In this document: in pieces, positions 9,301-18,556 of the stretch
How the letters are laid out: each line of letters begins with the position of its first letter
Numbering within the stretch: position 1 is the stretch's first letter
DNA from: a virus
Virus record (IMG/VR): IMGVR_UViG_3300045988_110999
DNA length: 64,000 nucleotides
Reading direction: 5' to 3' (one strand)
The notes under the pieces: model-generated
Seen by the model: only the letters and a program-made list of their open reading frames with translations
Told to the model about the DNA's origin: nothing
Databases searched by the model: none
Position numbers and translations under genes: made by a program

Positions 9301-12300
9301 AGTATTTTTTAAAGATATGAAGGGGGTCTTCAAATTGGCGTTGAAGGATACTCATGCGCTCTTTGCCGGGCAGGACACCGGCGGCGTACAGGGCCGCTCT
9401 TTGAGCTGTTTCTTCGTGAGTTGGGATACCTACCTTGTGTAGTTGTTTGTCGATACGGTTTTTGAGAGATAAAGCGTCTGAGGAGGGGGTGTTCCTATTT
9501 TCAATAAAGTTGAGAAAAGCTTTAACAGCCTTATCTGTGAAAGTACCATTTGAGAATGGTTTTAGAACCTTCGCTTTTTCCAAGATAGAGGCTCTAGCAG
9601 AGCTCAATGTTCCAGCTCCGTCGATGGCTTTGTTTGCCATATTGATAATTCTGCCTTCTACACCTTTTCGCTGCGATTTGTATTGAGGAGATTCTAAAGA
9701 TAATTTAAGCTGGGATAAAGTTTTAGCTACAAAAAGTTCATCATACAACTCTCTATCTTTTCTCAATGAATTTTGTAAAGTTTTGCTTCTTGATATTTTA
9801 TCGCATACGTAGTCAATGAATTCCGGATTTATTATAGCATGGTCGTATACAAGCATTTTCCAACTATTAGTAAATCCATCACCGTCTCGAAGTTGTTTAA
9901 TCAATTTATTTATATATTTAACTTCAAAATCTTTTAGCGTGTCATTCTCTTTATCGACGAAATTATTAGACGTGATATAATTCATCCCGTATTCTTTATC
10001 GCCTAATCCCCGTTCAATAGCGGCGTGGAGAGAGTGAATAGTTTCATGGAGTATAGTAGGTGTATTTTTATCCCCGGATAATGCGTCTTGGAAGATTCTA
10101 ATTACGTTGTATTCGGAGTAAGTTCTGCCGAGAGCTCCAGTCTTTTCCTTTTGCCCATCATAAACAAACACGGTTGCCATATCGTCAAGAGCTTCCGCAA
10201 TTTTCGACTGCAACCGTGGTGGTAAATCCTCGAAGGAATCATTTATTAATTTGTTTAAAGTGGGGCCGTCAATATTTACCCCTTCTGGAGTGGCCAAATG
10301 GATGGCTTTCTTTAGTTTGTTGCCAAGCTTGGTTAATCTATATTCGGGTCCAAGCCCCCCACCGGCTTCATGTACTTGTCCAGAAATTTTCTGTCCCTTT
10401 TCCTGATTTTTTTGCCTACTTCTTCCTGCGTCATTCCTTTTGGGAGGGTAAGAATTCCGCTGCACCACATCCCCCTCCAAATGCTCGGGTCTGTTACCCC
10501 CTCTGGCATCGGAGGTAGCTTCGTCGGTCTGTACATTCCCATCTTCTCCTTTCACTGTATGTCCATCCGCTAGGAATTGTTCCTGGTCTTCCTTACTAAG
10601 TCGGTTGAAAATATCCTGAGATGTATCATCCGGGAAGAAAGACCGAGAAGCACCTGTAACATGGACTTCATTTTCCTTTGTAACCTTAATGTTATCTGGT
10701 TCTGTATCTATATTATAGTAGTCTGCGAGATAATCCGCAATATCCTGTTTATCGGCATCCTTTAATTTAACTTTATCCCCACCGAAGGTTTCAATTTCCC
10801 CTTTTGGAATTTTAACATCCATGTCAGAAACAGAAGAAGTTACCATTTCATCTTTATATTTGTAAGACAGTTGATTTGGAGTAGCTATTCTTTCTTCTTT
10901 GGTGTTTACTATATATTTCCCTTGATTATTTACCGTTTCTCTATCTTTGCTCTCCGTTGCTTCGGCTTTGGTCTTTGCATTCTCTGTGTCTGCTTGCTTC
11001 TTGTATTTTTCGTATTCAGCCTTAGCCTTACTTACTTCTTCTTGGGTGTATTTGCCAGATTTGACGAGGTTCTGAAGAGCTTTGCCACCAGGGAAATTCA
11101 CGGAATTAGCTACCTTGGTAGGACCGTCGTTAACCCAGCTAATAATGTCAGGTACGAGATGCTCTTTGACATTCCCTCTCTGTACATACATACCTTTGTA
11201 CTTATCCTTACTAAGGGTGGCGGCACGTTCCCCGTATTTCTTTTCTAGTTCTTCGTGATGAAGGAAATAGTGAATAGGGTCGTTATTAGCCAGGTGCTTA
11301 CCACGGATTTCCTTAGCAAGAGCCTTACCGGCGGAATGAACAGCTTTTATTTCCTCTTTTGTCCCTTTTGATTTAGCTTCGTTTATGGTAGTTCTTGTCT
11401 TTTTAGCCTTTGTAGCCGGGGAGAGTTCTTTAACAGGTTTCTCTTTTGGTTTGGATTCACTTTCTCCACCTTGAGCTTTCGACATGATATCCAACAAATC
11501 TTGAGAGCTACCTTCAACCGGCTTGAGTATTGTTCTTTGAGCTTCTTTTTTGTTTTCGTAGCTCCTCTTTGCCCGTTCTCTATTCTTTTCGTCGGATACC
11601 TGCTTTGCCTGTCTATCTACTTCGGCTATCTTCTGTTCGATGTTCTGGATGTGGTCCAGAGGGTCATATTTATCCTGTGTACGGGCGTTGACGTAGGAGG
11701 TAACAGCTTCCTTGACGGATTCACGATACTTCTTAGGGAACTTGGAGAGGAGTCGGTTCATACCGAGACCTTTCTTGTAGTTAAAGAAGTTTTCTACGAA
11801 GTTATGGAGCTCTGTGACAGCCTCCTTGTCCCTACCTTTGTTGGCATACTGGGACAGCTTTCGAGCGAACGGTGATTGAATCGTTATTTCGTGTGATTTA
11901 TCGACACGCTGTTTTTCAAAACCACGGACGGCATCTACTTCAGCAATCTTATCCCGTTTGGCAATCTTGGCATTGGCCATCTCGATCTGATGGCTCTGTT
12001 CCTTAACGGACAGGCCTTCCATCTTCTTAGCATCGAGTGTAACCCCCCTGTTTTTAGAGCTGGAGTTAATGTGCTGTACCGTATCCATGTGATTCTTTTT
12101 GCTGACGATAGCTTGTGTCTTATCCCTATTTTCGGTAAGAGCTTTCCCGGAGAGAGCTTTAATCTGATTACGGATTTTAGGGGGAACTTCCCCACCGGCG
12201 CTTTTAGTTATAACCTGTTTCACGTCGTTAGGAAGAGAATCGAAATTACCATCGGAGGTGTAATATTTAGAATGGACGCCATTCTTAGCAAAGTCGTCCT

Positions 12301-14371
12301 TGATAGTCTGTTCTGTTGCCTTTTGTTTCCCTTTCTTTTGGGTTTCGTAGGAACGTGTTGCGGCGGCAGAACTTGCTCTCAGGGTCTTAGAGATACCGGC
12401 GTCGTCCGGGGTAAGGCCTAATTTATTAAGCCGTGCTTTACCAGCGTCAGAAATATCTCCACCCTTGGGTTTGTAGAAGTCGCTATGAGTCCCATTCTGT
12501 TTGATATCCTCTTGGATAGTGTTTACGGCGGTAGCTACGTTCTTCGTATGCTGTTCTTTATCAGCTTTACGGTTCGCTACTTCCTGTACGTGGATTTCCT
12601 TGCGCTGTGCCGGGAAGAAACCGGTGTTCGGAGAGATGCTATTGGCATTATCTAATTCCTGTTGGGAAATAGGAAGGCCCAGTTCATTTTTCTTTTGGAT
12701 GAGAGCTTGAGCCGTAGCCTGACGGTAACGGTCGTTATTTCGTTGTTGGAGGATAGCGGCTACTGGCTGTGCGCTCTTATTGTCGGAGATGATAGGGATA
12801 TTCGGCGATTCTATCATAGCTTTAACGAGGTCATCCCGTTCCGGGCCCGTCATCATTGCTGTCCCATGTACTGGATTATAGCCAAGGACGCTCGCTTCCC
12901 CACTATCAATCAGGTTAGCAATCGCCTGATTAGCTGAATACTGGTCGTCGCTCTTCCCGTAAGCTTCCTGTTCAGCTAAATCATACTCCGTTGGGTTATT
13001 CATCTTGTCCATGAGCTGTTGCGTGAATTCTTTAGGGCCTGTTGGTACAGAAGGTTCACTGACTGGTTGAGTAGCTGGGGCTTCCTGAGAGTTCATGGGG
13101 ATGGCATCTAAATCCTGCTGAGTAAGTTCAGTTTCGTCAACGGGGATATTTTCTGTAACCGGAGCTTCGTCTTGAATAGACTCTTCGACATTATGGGTAT
13201 CATCCTGTGCGTGAACGGCATCATCAATCGGACTGGGAACAACCTTTTCTTCACCAGTAGTGTCTACCCGTCTTGCTCTACGATGGCCGATACCACCAAG
13301 GAGGCCCATCGGAATCATGCCCATACCAGCCATAAACATCTGGTCCTTGGATTCATCACCCATTTCAATAGGATTGTAGTTGATATCTTCCCCGGTAAGA
13401 GCATTATTCTGGAATTCATTCTGTAAGCCTTCTGTATAGGATTCCATAGCCATACCCGGGACACTATGAGTAAGGAGTCGAGTAGAATATCTCTTGTCCG
13501 CAAAGTCTGCTACCTTGCCCCCAAAGTCAGACAGGGAGCCGAGAAGTCCTTTCCCAGCTTCCTGTTCGGTTGATTCTGTCGCTCTACTAAGGAGTCTCTT
13601 AGGAGCGTTTGCGGCTCCTTTCAACATGCTCATAGATACGGCATTAGATGCTACCGACAATCCAATATTATCCATGAAGTCAGTATCCATAGCATTACGA
13701 GCTTCTTCTTGTGTAGCCCCGTTCTGAATAGCCTGATTATATGTATCGCCTGCTTCTGATGCGGCATCTAAATAACCACCAGCGATGTCACCTGCGATTT
13801 TTGGAGCGGCACTGAAAGCTGTTCTAGCAATCCTTGCCCCCGTACCCAATTCTCCAACATCAGACCCTACGGCAATAGCCTTCTCTAAGGTGGAAGCTGT
13901 CTTTGCCAATCTTGCGGCTCTGGCCGCTTTTAAACCAGCTCCTACTACCGCACCACCAATACCGCCGGTAGCGGCGCCGACGAGAGCAGTGGCGGCCATG
14001 TCAGGGGCGGAAGAACCAACAAGATTGAAGGCGGTGTAAGCAAGGCCGTTTGGGTCTGTGATGAAATCAAAGAGACTATCGTTGCGGGTGAACTGCCGTC
14101 TTGCCTGTCTACCTTGGGCAAGAGCATCCCCAAAATCCTCGAGACCTTGTCCGAACCCGAATTCCTGATTCATATAAGTACCGATAGAACCGAGACTTGA
14201 CCCCAAACCATTCATAGCGCCGTTAATGGCACTATCTAAGAATCCACCATCACCGAATGAATCATAAGTCCCTCCATCATCCGGGGCAATGACACTATCG
14301 AGGTATTGGTCATTTGCGGCGGCTCTATCGTATAAGGCCTGAAGGTAATCTTCTGTAGTTCTTCCTGCCAT
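6332..14371 (-). CDS. Giant (2679 aa) multidomain virion/ejection protein, polyvalent-protein-like, with an HExxH zincin motif and TM-rich termini
   Basis: Uninterrupted ORF with AGGAGGG SD. Gly/Ala-rich hydrophobic N-terminal region; 'TILHETIHSLH' (HETIH at 10034-10048); C-terminal hydrophobic region 'FLVPMFIMAGALGMP...ALYGAPSLAGINLSGNIGLG'. Confidence 0.75.
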   Translation of the reverse strand: MAGRTTEDYLQALYDRAAANDQYLDSVIAPDDGGTYDSFGDGGFLDSAINGAMNGLGSSLGSIGTYMNQEFGFGQGLEDFGDALAQGRQARRQFTRNDSLFDFITDPNGLAYTAFNLVGSSAPDMAATALVGAATGGIGGAVVGAGLKAARAARLAKTASTLEKAIAVGSDVGELGTGARIARTAFSAAPKIAGDIAGGYLDAASEAGDTYNQAIQNGATQEEARNAMDTDFMDNIGLSVASNAVSMSMLKGAANAPKRLLSRATESTEQEAGKGLLGSLSDFGGKVADFADKRYSTRLLTHSVPGMAMESYTEGLQNEFQNNALTGEDINYNPIEMGDESKDQMFMAGMGMIPMGLLGGIGHRRARRVDTTGEEKVVPSPIDDAVHAQDDTHNVEESIQDEAPVTENIPVDETELTQQDLDAIPMNSQEAPATQPVSEPSVPTGPKEFTQQLMDKMNNPTEYDLAEQEAYGKSDDQYSANQAIANLIDSGEASVLGYNPVHGTAMMTGPERDDLVKAMIESPNIPIISDNKSAQPVAAILQQRNNDRYRQATAQALIQKKNELGLPISQQELDNANSISPNTGFFPAQRKEIHVQEVANRKADKEQHTKNVATAVNTIQEDIKQNGTHSDFYKPKGGDISDAGKARLNKLGLTPDDAGISKTLRASSAAATRSYETQKKGKQKATEQTIKDDFAKNGVHSKYYTSDGNFDSLPNDVKQVITKSAGGEVPPKIRNQIKALSGKALTENRDKTQAIVSKKNHMDTVQHINSSSKNRGVTLDAKKMEGLSVKEQSHQIEMANAKIAKRDKIAEVDAVRGFEKQRVDKSHEITIQSPFARKLSQYANKGRDKEAVTELHNFVENFFNYKKGLGMNRLLSKFPKKYRESVKEAVTSYVNARTQDKYDPLDHIQNIEQKIAEVDRQAKQVSDEKNRERAKRSYENKKEAQRTILKPVEGSSQDLLDIMSKAQGGESESKPKEKPVKELSPATKAKKTRTTINEAKSKGTKEEIKAVHSAGKALAKEIRGKHLANNDPIHYFLHHEELEKKYGERAATLSKDKYKGMYVQRGNVKEHLVPDIISWVNDGPTKVANSVNFPGGKALQNLVKSGKYTQEEVSKAKAEYEKYKKQADTENAKTKAEATESKDRETVNNQGKYIVNTKEERIATPNQLSYKYKDEMVTSSVSDMDVKIPKGEIETFGGDKVKLKDADKQDIADYLADYYNIDTEPDNIKVTKENEVHVTGASRSFFPDDTSQDIFNRLSKEDQEQFLADGHTVKGEDGNVQTDEATSDARGGNRPEHLEGDVVQRNSYPPKRNDAGRSRQKNQEKGQKISGQVHEAGGGLGPEYRLTKLGNKLKKAIHLATPEGVNIDGPTLNKLINDSFEDLPPRLQSKIAEALDDMATVFVYDGQKEKTGALGRTYSEYNVIRIFQDALSGDKNTPTILHETIHSLHAAIERGLGDKEYGMNYITSNNFVDKENDTLKDFEVKYINKLIKQLRDGDGFTNSWKMLVYDHAIINPEFIDYVCDKISRSKTLQNSLRKDRELYDELFVAKTLSQLKLSLESPQYKSQRKGVEGRIINMANKAIDGAGTLSSARASILEKAKVLKPFSNGTFTDKAVKAFLNFIENRNTPSSDALSLKNRIDKQLHKVGIPTHEETAQRAALYAAGVLPGKERMSILQRQFEDPLHIFKKYFPDGMPIYRLADGARRKMEKFVGDYSQKFLDVFKGLDKDERKVFDSLVLKANEMHRDPMQVINLDDGIHLAVRHDAFIEHYDSAPEALKKMQEIRNSGKYRLSKMIQESEENENAGFGKGFTVFALPKGSAAFKSEAAAQKYAKVHEKEAYVSMIRSLSDKPMKSSQVDNVMNSFMKYRDMMDKVYETSVQAAKESGANYKLPKKLNGYFPQIHLPYVVWIKDKDTKTFVRTASFYNASEASKKVKELNRAGQEAYWAEINPINAMAHGDRLAKVDRMTEDQLKQLNDEGLISVSESNNDTGNYNETLKRVFNSLFKEHHTVAVKDVMAHIEKVNRYKSNTGSAAHDNYVKKLQSQIRVTGLYKKLQKMKKDATISQDELNNIINSANMKQQFNPFFQKRSGASGYSQNVADSVYRYLITSGNFISKAKFYAEATAYYTSKYHKDIREEATTNEQKFLKTYIEANHRPTSVTALDRMINDYMNLLAEKDPTGIGSLLRRRYGHNLYTGLAKDTLSLQNLLKLGLFRPASLAVQAFQVLNANAKLGGNKFVGMSKYFRTGLKEATGSKNDAKWKELYDYIGINERSVAIDSEILGRPTGVFDKKILFGKSAKDFTDKSMWFFNVGDKWARKATAIGGYLKAMDDFKALTHDEKKMMLNEAITSWQTKKERARQNHYPFKAPKPTTESVRKEFVFNKTKDLVTETNFNYSVTDSPLAMTEAGVTGKLLLQFKKYPLFTLNFILHNTKEENIRFLVPMFIMAGALGMPCANLVDDIFDKTTGHSPVMALKKGMINWAGGSSAKKALVNVALYGAPSLAGINLSGNIGLGDAIQFDLGPTVSTVSNIAQGNGIIRSLAPRLGALEEAVTGKKENKYGQITAKYTPYDQLLKVFGFRTMAETNSSDATRVMKLATQKYNECKSQAKKEYIKNPNTDNYEALKIYGMSDRDIAKLLKTKDTTAMENSVKTVPKKAKSPAAQEVRDLSKTAQEFVK

Positions 14372-14385
14372 TTAATCCCTCCTAA

Positions 14386-15741
14386 TTAATTGAACAAGCC
14401 CGAGAAAAATCTTGTAACTGGGTTATTCGTCCATGTATGGTCTTGGTCACTCAAGTCCTCCCCAAACTTATCCTTTAATTTGTTTACATAGTTGTCTTCT
14501 ACTTCTTGTCCGTATGCACTTCCCGGACCACCATCAGGTTCAAGCATAGACAAAGTGTTAATATTTTCGTACTCAGCGTTTTTGAGAGCTTCTCTAATTT
14601 CATCCCCCGTCATACTACCATCGGCGGCGGCATCATATACTTGCTGGAACGGAGCGCTGAGAGTTTCCTTAATCTTTGCAACATCACCGATAGAATAGTG
14701 AGGCGCCTTCCCGGAGCCTCTGCCACCCCCACCTCTGGCCGCACTTCTAGCCATGGAGAGAGCAAGTTTCTGTTCGTCCAGTTGAGCTTGTCTATCAGCA
14801 ATAGCCTTCTTGAGATCGAATTCCTTCTTCCAGTTGTCCTGAGCTTGTTTAGCTTGCTGTTGCTGGAAGTTGTAATTACGTTCAGCATTATTCATTTGTA
14901 CCTGCGTCTTCAACAGGTCACTGCTATTAACGAACTGGTCATCATTCGTCGGTAAGTTGATACCGAACATCTTACCAAGTGCCGCATAACCACGACGATT
15001 GTCTACACTGCCACTGCCATTGATAATCTGAGCTAACTGCATAGATTGCTTCAACCGAGTCTGCTGATTTGCTTGGTCAATTTGGTCTTTTAAATCTGCG
15101 TCACGATTACTATTAAGTTGTTTAGCACTATCCTTCATCCACCGGGAGACGTCTGGGTTTAAGAATAGAAGGTCGGTCTGATAATTGCGGTCTGTCAAGT
15201 AGTGGGTTCGTTTTTCGTGAGCGTATGACCGAGTCGGTTGGGATAGGATATCCATAACACTTTGTTGGTCGAACGGTTCATTCGGATTACTTGTTCTTAT
15301 CTTAGCGGCCAAGTTAATGAACGGATTCCCATTAGCATCCTTAGCTTGGAAATTGAAACTTCCTCCCTGACCACCAGTCTTAATGATAGCCGTAGGTTGA
15401 AGCCCACCCATCTGAGTAGCGTCACTACCGTGTACTATTTGGTTCTGTGAGCTGGAATTACCGTAATAACCACCATTGCCGTCAGCTAGAACAACGTGGT
15501 CGTTGTCGCCGTACACAATTACATCATTAGGATTGTCTGTTCCTGCTTGGTAAGGTACTACCGGAATTCCCGCCTGTTGGGCATCGGATACCATACCGGG
15601 TACTGAATATTGCCCATTATTATATTCATTTGCAAGAAACTTACTATTACCTGCCCCCATGAGGCCAACGGCTTCCACACATCCATTACTCCCATTCTTC
15701 ATTGTTTGGCCTAAAAAACCATCTGCGTAAGATATTATCAA
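14386..15741 (-). CDS. Virion-associated peptidoglycan hydrolase, CHAP/NlpC-P60-like N-terminal Cys-His domain
   Basis: 'NGSNGCVEAVG ... DHVVLADGNGGYYG'. C-terminal two-thirds is paralogous to the neighbouring SLT protein. The TTG start at 15741 is uncertain. Confidence 0.6.
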   Translation of the reverse strand: MIISYADGFLGQTMKNGSNGCVEAVGLMGAGNSKFLANEYNNGQYSVPGMVSDAQQAGIPVVPYQAGTDNPNDVIVYGDNDHVVLADGNGGYYGNSSSQNQIVHGSDATQMGGLQPTAIIKTGGQGGSFNFQAKDANGNPFINLAAKIRTSNPNEPFDQQSVMDILSQPTRSYAHEKRTHYLTDRNYQTDLLFLNPDVSRWMKDSAKQLNSNRDADLKDQIDQANQQTRLKQSMQLAQIINGSGSVDNRRGYAALGKMFGINLPTNDDQFVNSSDLLKTQVQMNNAERNYNFQQQQAKQAQDNWKKEFDLKKAIADRQAQLDEQKLALSMARSAARGGGGRGSGKAPHYSIGDVAKIKETLSAPFQQVYDAAADGSMTGDEIREALKNAEYENINTLSMLEPDGGPGSAYGQEVEDNYVNKLKDKFGEDLSDQDHTWTNNPVTRFFSGLFN

Positions 15742-16721
15742 GCACCTCCCATCATTGAGTACATCTTATTCATGTGATTCAGCTTATCTTGTAAAAGCCC
15801 TTGCTGGGCTGTTCTCTGTTGCTGTTCAAACTGAGCTTTCTGTACCTGCATATTATACTTACGTTCGTTATCTGCGTCCTGTATCATGCTATCGAGCATA
15901 CCGCTACTGTCAGCATATTGGTCGACGTTGCTAGGAACATCAACGCCAATGGATTTCATTAACCCTGAATACATTCCTTTGTTATCTACATTATTACTCT
16001 TATTAATTAGATTGATTGCGCTAATTCCTTTTCGTAAATTATTCTGGAGTATCTGCTGGCCAATATTATCCTTAATTTCGTCAAGCTTGTTCTGCATCAA
16101 AGTCTGAGACATTGGCTTGACCAGTTTGGCTACGTCCGGACTCATGAAGTTTGTGTCATTAACATAATCACGACTCGTCAACTTCTGTGAATCCATAACG
16201 TTCTTAACATCTGGATTAGTTTGAGCCATGATTTCAGAAATACTCTTGTAATCGAAAGGTTCATCAGGGTCACTTGTCCTCAAGTGAGTTAGGATATTTA
16301 AGAAAGGACGACTCTGAGCATCCTTTGCTTGAAAGTTGAATGTACCTTTCCCTGAACCACCGAGGTTATTATAGTTCTGCTGTACCTGGGCTAGGTACTG
16401 GTCAGCCATGGGGCCAGCGCCATTATAAGCTCTGACACCAGCCCATGTATCACCACCCTGTTCCTCAATCTTCTTCTTCAAGATGAGCATACCAGCTAGA
16501 GCATTTTGTTGCGGGTCTGTTGCCCAGTTTGGATATAATTCATTGGCCCCATAGTCTGCGGCTGAACCATCGGTAATTTGCATTAGACCGCCACCATCGG
16601 CCATATTGATTGCGTTCACATCGTCACCGCCAGTTTCACGAGCGGCGATAGCAAGAGCAATGTTAGGGTCTATCCCGTATTGGTTTGCCGCATCTATAAT
16701 GTAGCTTGCTAATTCTGCCAT
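15738..16721 (-). CDS. Virion-associated lytic transglycosylase (SLT domain)
   Basis: 'IALAIAARETGGDDVNAINMADGGGLMQITDGSAADYG' (catalytic Glu context, GLMQI); AGGAGGGG SD. Confidence 0.85.
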   Translation of the reverse strand: MAELASYIIDAANQYGIDPNIALAIAARETGGDDVNAINMADGGGLMQITDGSAADYGANELYPNWATDPQQNALAGMLILKKKIEEQGGDTWAGVRAYNGAGPMADQYLAQVQQNYNNLGGSGKGTFNFQAKDAQSRPFLNILTHLRTSDPDEPFDYKSISEIMAQTNPDVKNVMDSQKLTSRDYVNDTNFMSPDVAKLVKPMSQTLMQNKLDEIKDNIGQQILQNNLRKGISAINLINKSNNVDNKGMYSGLMKSIGVDVPSNVDQYADSSGMLDSMIQDADNERKYNMQVQKAQFEQQQRTAQQGLLQDKLNHMNKMYSMMGGA

Positions 16722-16730
16722 TAGCCCCTC

Positions 16731-17495
16731 CTACTGACTGACGTACTTCTGTAATCCACCAAAGTTGAAATAATTACCGAGAGGCTTTGCGTCCTGTAAA
16801 GCTAAGGTAGATGCACTCGGTGTATTCAGTTTTAGGTTTAAAGGCTGTGCCTGCGGAAGGTTCGCCTGTAAGGGGCCTTGGAGACCTGCATTATACGGGT
16901 TGGCACTATTATAATCAACGAACTTCTGATATTTTTTATCGCCCTTCCCGTTAATCGTTTTTCCTCTGTTCGATTCCTTAAAATTCTTCGTATAGTTGGC
17001 TCGGTTTAACCCCATGTTATAAGTTTCAGTCCCCCAATCAGAGGAGGAGAAATCTACATAAGGGTTGATAGCCTGTGCCGCACTCATTGCCGCCTGGCGA
17101 TACGGTTGCAAAGCGGCAGACTGTCCACTCTTTGAATAATTAAGGGCATCCGTCATAGCCGTATCGTTAATTTCAGCTCCGGGATGGACTTTATGAACGT
17201 AGTTGACTAATGCCTGATAGTTCTCAGGAGTTGGGTTATCATTGTAATTCTTTGCGGCTAACTGGCCTTCATCCTGTTCTCTCTGTTTAGCTTGAGCATA
17301 TGTGTTGTAAGCCCCTTGGAGAGCTTGGTTCTGCTGGTTCTGAATATCATAAAGTTCTTGAGCTGTCTGGTTTTCTATCTGTTTTCCGGCTTCACGGCTT
17401 GTTCTTGCTTCATAAGCTTTCCCCAAAGCAAGCCCAGCAATCTGACCAAGGTTGTACCAAGGGTCAGCTGTTTTATCATTTGGGATATATAACAT
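16731..17495 (-). CDS. Q/N-rich hypothetical virion protein
   Basis: ORF with AGGAGGT SD in the structural operon; no recognisable motif. Confidence 0.6.
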   Translation of the reverse strand: MLYIPNDKTADPWYNLGQIAGLALGKAYEARTSREAGKQIENQTAQELYDIQNQQNQALQGAYNTYAQAKQREQDEGQLAAKNYNDNPTPENYQALVNYVHKVHPGAEINDTAMTDALNYSKSGQSAALQPYRQAAMSAAQAINPYVDFSSSDWGTETYNMGLNRANYTKNFKESNRGKTINGKGDKKYQKFVDYNSANPYNAGLQGPLQANLPQAQPLNLKLNTPSASTLALQDAKPLGNYFNFGGLQKYVSQ

Positions 17496-17505
17496 TTGTT
17501 ACCTC

Positions 17506-18198
17506 CTATCGTCTACCGCCGAAGAAACTACTACCCATGCCGACTAAACCTCCCAAGAAGTTGCCAAATCCACCGCCTGACTGAGTAACATAGCCACGGT
17601 TGTTATTATTATTACCAATAGCTGTGAGAGCGTCCGTATTCGATTTCTGAGTACCTGTAGCGGCGCTAAAGTAATCTGTAGCTTGTCTACGGCTCTGTTC
17701 TGCGGCCTGAGCTTGTGTATTGAATCCATTTTGTAACCAATTTTCTCGTGTATTGAGAAGGTTATTGTAGAGATTTACATCGTTTGTGTAATCTTTACCC
17801 ATCTGAGCTGACAAATTCTTTTGCCAGTCATTTGTCGCTGTATTCAACCGGGAGCTACCAATAACTCCGTTCTTAGCCATCTGCTGAAGCCCCTGTCCCA
17901 TAGTATTTTCATACAATCGATTATAGTAATTCTGCCTAGCTGTTTGCCATTGAGAAGGTAAATTACCATCGAGAAGATTCGACTGTCGGTTAAGGATGTC
18001 CTGAATGTTCGTGGAGTAGGTGTCAAACACCTTTCCCCAGTCGGGGTCATACGTTTTTTTAATATTAGACATCCCTTTAGCAATTAGAGCGTCAATACCG
18101 GGCTGGATGGTTTGCATATATTTAACTTGTTGTGCATAAAGCTGTCTTTCTTCCGGTGACAACGGTCTTTCGTGGTACTCGGTTTTACTTTTCCCCAT
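17506..18198 (-). CDS. Hypothetical virion protein with Gly-rich C-terminus
   Basis: ORF with GGAGGT SD; ends 'GGGFGNFLGGLVGMGSSFFGGRR'. Confidence 0.6.
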   Translation of the reverse strand: MGKSKTEYHERPLSPEERQLYAQQVKYMQTIQPGIDALIAKGMSNIKKTYDPDWGKVFDTYSTNIQDILNRQSNLLDGNLPSQWQTARQNYYNRLYENTMGQGLQQMAKNGVIGSSRLNTATNDWQKNLSAQMGKDYTNDVNLYNNLLNTRENWLQNGFNTQAQAAEQSRRQATDYFSAATGTQKSNTDALTAIGNNNNNRGYVTQSGGGFGNFLGGLVGMGSSFFGGRR

Positions 18199-18556
18199 TT
18201 ATAACCTCCAATTCAAAAACATATTCTGTGGGCTGGCCATCTATCTTAATAGAGTCTACTAGGGTAGCACCGCTAAGTTTGGCATAAGCTACAGGGTTCC
18301 TTATTGTAAATGTTCTGATTTTCCCTATACCTACATGCTTTGCCATTCCTTCGTAGATAGATACTATCATTTTGAGATTTCCGCTGGTCGGCCCAACCTC
18401 TATAACATTTGGCTTAACTCCGTATGTAGAAAAACTCCCATCTGGCATCAATAGCAAAAATGGGAATCTATTTAAATCCCAATCCTCAAAGAAATGAGAT
18501 TTCAACTTCTTATCGTATTTTTCTATGTAGAACAATACATCTTTCGTATTAACCAT
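18185..18556 (-). CDS. Hypothetical protein
   Basis: ORF with GGGGAG SD; overlaps both neighbours by a few nt. Confidence 0.6.
   Translation of the reverse strand: MVNTKDVLFYIEKYDKKLKSHFFEDWDLNRFPFLLLMPDGSFSTYGVKPNVIEVGPTSGNLKMIVSIYEGMAKHVGIGKIRTFTIRNPVAYAKLSGATLVDSIKIDGQPTEYVFELEVINGEK

Noticed and set aside
6545-14133. About 20 short ORFs on both strands inside the 2679-aa gene
   Set aside because: All are nested in one uninterrupted 8-kb frame that has an SD. None has its own SD or a recognisable motif.
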